From Candidatus Marinacidobacterium sp. (GTDB lineage Bacteria > Acidobacteriota > Vicinamibacteria > Marinacidobacterales > Marinacidobacteraceae), in NCBI GenBank assembly GCA_965220965.1, contig OZ244852.1, forward strand, positions 1,216,001 to 1,280,000: a DNA stretch of 64,000 bases. The letters run 5' to 3'. A program made the translations under genes and the position numbers. The notes under the pieces were generated by a model that made no database searches, had not been told where the DNA came from, and worked only from the letters and a program-made list of their open reading frames with translations. Below are positions 15,001 through 21,000 of the stretch, piece by piece (the stretch's first letter is position 1; each line of letters starts with the position of its first letter).

Positions 15001-18000
15001 CCCCTACACGTTCCAGGTCCGGGCCCGGAACAGCGCCGGCGACGGGGACCCCGCCACGGCGACCGCAACCCCGGCGCTGGCGGTCCCGGGCGCGCCGACG
15101 CTCACCGCGAGCGCGGGCGACGCGACGGTCTCGCTGACCTGGATCGCGCCGGCGAACACGACCGAGATCGACAGCTACGAGGTCCGCTACCAGGCTGGCT
15201 CGGGCGCATTCGGCCCATGGGATGATGTCGGGACGGCGACCAGCCGGGAGGTCACCGGTCTCACGAACGGGACCGAATACACCTTCGAGGTGCGGGCTCG
15301 GAACACCACGGGCCCCGGGGCCTCCGCCTCCGCGAAGGCGACGCCGACCTTGGCGACGCCGGCCGCGCCGGGGAACTTCAACGCGGCGGCGGGGTACGCC
15401 CAGGTCGCGCTGAGCTGGACCGCGCCGACGAACACCAGCTCGATCACCGACTTCCAGGTCCGATACTGGAAGACCTCCGAAACGGCCGAGGACAACTGGA
15501 CCACGGTGAACGGCGGCGCCGACGCCACCACCCGGACCGTCACCGGCCTCGAGAACGGGACCGAATACACCTTCGAGGTGCGGGCGCGGAACACCACGGG
15601 CCCCGGGCCCGCCGCTTCCGCGAGAGCGACGCCGATGAACAGGCCGCCGGTCGTGGACAAGGAGATCGACGACCAGTCCGTCACGGAGGGCGAGTCGACC
15701 GAGGTGTCGCTCGACGGCGTGTTCAGCGATCCGGACCCTCAGACGCTCTCGCTCTCGGCCCGGTCGGGGGACATCGGGAAGGCCACCGTTGCGATCAACG
15801 GGACCACGCTGACGATCTCCGGAGTCGCGGTGGGAACACCGACGGTCACGGTGACGGCCACCGATCCGGACGGCCTGTCGGTCGACGAGTCGTTCACCGT
15901 GACGGTCCTGCCGGTGCTGCCCGACAAGCCGGAACCCTTCACCGCAACTCCGGGTGACGGCAACATCAGGCTGGAGTGGACAACGCCGACGAACACCACG
16001 GTCACCGGGTTCCAGGTACGTCTCCGCCGGACGGGCGCGCCGAACTGGGGCCCCTGGTCCGACCAGGGCCTGCACACCGTGCTCCATGTCCTCGAGCTGG
16101 AGAACGGGATGGGCTACGACTTCCAGGTCCGGGCGCGCAACGCCAACGGATGGGGTCCCCCGGCCGACGCGAACGCGACGCCGAAGGACGAGCCGCCGAT
16201 CGTGGCGAACCCGATCCCGGACCAGACCGTCGTGGCCGGCGGAACGACGGACGTGGCGCTGAACAGGGTGTTCAACGACGGGGGCAGAGACATGACCCTG
16301 ACGGCGACATCGGAGGACACCACCAAGGTGACGGTGTCGCTGGTCGAGCCGACGCTGACGCTGTTCGGCATCGAGGCGACGACCGGGACGGTGACGGTCA
16401 CAGTGACGGCCAGGGATTCGAGCGACCAGACGGTCAGCACCGAATTCGAGGTGACGGTGACCGGGGTGAACCAGCCGCCGACCGTGCCGAACCCGATCCC
16501 GGACCAGACCGTCACCGTGGGCGAGACGGCGACCGTGTCGCTCGACGGGGTGTTCAACGATCCGGAGGGCCAGACCGACAGGCTGACGTTCGCGGCCGTT
16601 TCGGCGGACACGACCAAGGCGACCGTCACGCTGAGCGGGACCACGTTGACCATCTCCGGAGTCGCGCTGGGAACCTCGACGGTCACGGTGACGGCCACCG
16701 ACCCGGGCGGCAAGTCGGCCACCGATGCCTTCACCGTGACGGTGTCGCCGGTGAACCAGCCGCCGACGGTGGTCAACCAGATCCCGGACCAGGCCGTTAC
16801 CGTGGGCGCCACGACCACCGTGTCGATCGACGGCGTCTTCGACGATCCGGACGGCGAAAACGCCAATCTGAGCTACTCGGTCGAGTCGAGCGACGATGCA
16901 CTGGCGACGGTCACGCTGAGCGGGACGGACCTGACCATCCGCGGGGTCGCGGTGGGGACGCCGACGGTGACGGTGACCGCCGAGGATTCGGCGGGCGATT
17001 CGGTCACCGACACGTTCACCGTGACGGTCTCGCCGGCGAACCAGCCGCCGACAGTGGTCAACCAGATCCCGGACCAGGCCGTTACCGTGGGCGCCACGAC
17101 CACCGTGTCGATCGACGGCGTCTTCGACGATCCGGACGGCGAAAACGCCAATCTGAGCTACTCGGTCGAGTCGAGCGACGATGCACTGGCGACGGTCACG
17201 CTGAGCGGGACGGACCTGACCATCCGCGGGGTCGCGGTGGGGACGCCGACGGTGACGGTGACCGCCGAGGATTCGGCGGGCGATTCGGTCACCGACACGT
17301 TCACCGTGACGGTCTCGCCGGCGAACCAGCCGCCGACAGTGGTCAACCAGATCCCGGACCAGGCGGTCACACCGTGTCGATCGGTCGAGTCGAGCGACGA
17401 TGCACTGGCGACGGTCACGCTGAGCGGGACGGACCTGACCATCCGCGGGGTCGCGGTGGGGACGCCGACGGTGACGGTGACCGCCGAGGATTCGGCGGGC
17501 GATTCGGTCACCGACACGTTCACCGTGACGGTCTCGCCGGCGAACCAGCCGCCGACAGTGGTCAACCAGATCCCGGACCAGGCGGTCACCGTGGGCGCCA
17601 CGACCACCGTGTCGATCGACGGCGTCTTCGACGATCCGGACGGCGAAAACGCCAATCTGAGCTACTCGGTGGAGTCGAGCGACGACGCACTGGCGACGGT
17701 CACGCTGAGCGGGACGGACCTGACCATCCGCGGGGTCGCGGTGGGGACGCCGACGGTGACGGTGACCGCCGAGGATTCGGCGGGCGATTCGGTCACCGAC
17801 ACGTTCACCGTGACGGTCTCGCCGGCGAACCAGCCGCCGACAGTGGTCAACCAGATCCCGGACCAGGCGGTCACCGTGGGCGCCACGACCACCGTGTCGA
17901 TCGACGGCGTCTTCGACGATCCGGACGGCGAAAACGCCAATCTGAGCTACTCGGTGGAGTCGAGCGACGACGCACTGGCGACGGTCACGCTGAGCGGGAC

Positions 18001-21000
18001 GGACCTGACCATCCGCGGGGTCGCGGTGGGGACGCCGACGGTGACGGTGACCGCCGAGGATTCGGCGGGCGATTCGGTCACCGACACGTTCACCGCGACG
18101 GTCTCGCCGGCGAACCAGCCGCCGACGGTGGACAACGAGATCCCGGACCAGGCGGTCACCGTGGGCGCCACGACCACCGTGTCGATCGACGGCGTCTTCG
18201 ACGATCCGGACGGCGAAAACGCCAATCTGAGCTACTCGGTCGAGTCGAGCGACGACGCACTGGCGACGGTCACGCTGAGCGGGACGGACCTGACCATCCG
18301 CGGGGTCGCGGTGGGGACGCCGACGGTGACGGTGACCGCCGAGGATTCGGCGGGCGATTCGGTCACCGACACGTTCACCGTGACGGTCTCGCCGGCGAAC
18401 CAGCCGCCGACGGTGGACAACGAGATCCCGGACCAGGCGGTCACCGTGGGCGCCACGACCACCGTGTCGATCGACGGCGTCTTCGACGATCCGGACGGCG
18501 AAAACGCCAATCTGAGCTACTCGGTCGAGTCGAGCGACGATGCACTGGCGACGGTCACGCTGAGCGGGACGGACCTGACCATCCGCGGGGTCGCGGTGGG
18601 GACGCCGACGGTGACGGTGACCGCCGACGATGGTGAGGGCGGCTCGGTCACCGACACGTTCACCGTGACGGTGTCGCCGCCGAACCAGCCGCCGACGGTG
18701 GACAACGAGATCCCGGACCAGGCGGTCACCGTGGGCGCCACGACCACCGTGTCGATCGACGGCGTCTTCGACGATCCGGACGGCGACAACGCCAATCTGA
18801 GCTACTCCGTCGCGTCGAGCGACGACGCACTGGCGACGGTCACGCTGAACGGGACGGACCTGACCATCCGCGGGGTCGCGGTGGGGACGCCGACGGTGAC
18901 GGTGACGGCCGAGGATTCGGCGGGCGATTCGGTCACCGACACGTTCACCGTGACGGTGAGCCCCACCTCCGGTCCCGCCGGGCCGAACTTCCAGGCGACG
19001 ATCCCGAACCAGACCTACACCCTGAACACGGCCATTGCGCCGCTCCAGCTCCCGGCGGCGACCGGCGGAGTCGCGCCGCTGACCTACAGCCTGAATCCGA
19101 CGCCCCCGGCGGGACTCTCCCTCGACGGCCAGCGCCGGTTGACCGGGACGCCGACCACCCCGCAGGCGGCGATCCCCTACACCTGGACGGCCACGGACGC
19201 GGATGGCGCCACCGCGACGCTGACGTTCACGATGACGGTGAACGTTACGACCAGTCCCACCGGACCGAGCTTCACGACGACGGTCCCGAACCAGACCTAC
19301 ACCCAGAGCGCACCGATCGCGCCGCTTCAGCTTCCGGCGGCGACCGGCGGCGTCGCGCCGCTGACCTACAGCCTGACGCCGACGCCCCCGCCGGGCCTCT
19401 CCATCAACACCGGGGAGCGGCGGCTGACCGGGACGCCGACCACCCCGCAGGGGCCGATCACCTACACCTGGGCGGCCACCGACGGGGCTGGCGACGCCGC
19501 AGCGCTCACCTTCACGATCGGCATCAACGCCCCGACGATTCCTGGCGGCGGCGGTGGCGGCGGCGGCGGAACTCCAGGTGGAGACACTCCCGCCCCCGGG
19601 ACCGCCTCGATCGAAGGCGTGCGCATCGTGTCGAGCCCGCCATCGGGCGTCTGGTACGGGATCGGAGACCAAATCGTCATCGGCGTCACGTTCAGCGAAT
19701 CGGTGACGGTGAGCGGCGGGCAGCCCTCGATCGGGATCCAGGTCGGGTCCCGGGTCCGGCGAGCGGTCTACACCGGCGGGAGCGGCGGGAGCGAACTCCG
19801 GTTCGCGTGGACGGTCGAAGCCGGACTCGAGGATGAGAACGGCGTGTCGGTCACGGCCGGCAGTCTGGCGGGGGCGACCCTGACCAGCAACGGGAACGAC
19901 GTCCCGCAGGACAACCCCTCTCTCGGCGACCAGGCGGGACACCGGGTCGACGGCATCGCGCCCAGCGTTGAAGGCTTCGAGTTCGCCTCCCGGCCGTCGA
20001 CGACCGAGGGTTACCGGGCCGGGGAGCGCATCGAACTCGATGCGCGGTTCAGCGAAGGGGTTTCGGTCGGCGGGGCGCCCGCGCTCCTGATCGATGTCGG
20101 CGGGGTCTACCGGGAAGCCGGGCTCCTCCTCTCCAGCGCGCAGACCGTCCGCTTCGGGTACGTCGTCAGCACGACGGACTGGGATGAAAACGGCGTCGCG
20201 ATCCCGGCGAACGCGCTGCAGGCGTCCTCCGGCGCGATCACGGACCGCGCCGGGAACGCTCCCGGGGCCTCCCCCGCGCGCGCCGCGGATCCCGCGCACC
20301 GGGTCCGCGGTCTTTCCCCGCCGGCGCTGCTGAACCCCCTCGCGGACCTGACGCTGGTCGCGGGCGCGGCGGCGGTGGACCTGGATCTGGGGCCGGTCTT
20401 TGGCCGCGCGGACAGCTACCAGGCCGCCTCCTCGCGCCCCGACGTGGCCGAGGTGTCCGTCACCGGCGCGACCCTGACGGTGCGGCCGCTGAGCGAGGGG
20501 TCGGCCGAGGTGGTCGTCGCGGCCCGGAACCTTGCGGGAACCACCGAGGACCGGTTCACCGTGACCGTGACCTCGGATCCGGCGGAAGTGGCGGCGGCGA
20601 ACGCGGCCCTCGGCGGCTTCGCCCGCGGCATGCTGGCCGGCGTCTCCGAGACGCTCGGCCGCAGGCTGGAGCAGGGGCCGGGGGCCAGCCGGCTCTACCT
20701 GAGCGGGCTCCAGCAGACGATGGGCGCCGAGGCGGGCCTGTCGCAGCTCGAGGAGCGCGGCGGCTACGGGGTTCGCTCGCTGTTCCTGGGCCGTGAGGCT
20801 CTGGGCGAGGATCCGACCGGGTTCGGCGGCTTCGACCCGATCCGCGACACCTTCGAGATCGCCCCGCAGATGGAAGCGGGCGCAGGCGATTCCGGGATGC
20901 GCTGGGGGATCTGGGGCGCCGGAACCCAGAGCATGTTCCGCGGGGACGCCGGCGGGGGAACGTATGACGGGACCCTGCTCTCGCCGTTCGTCGGTCTCGA

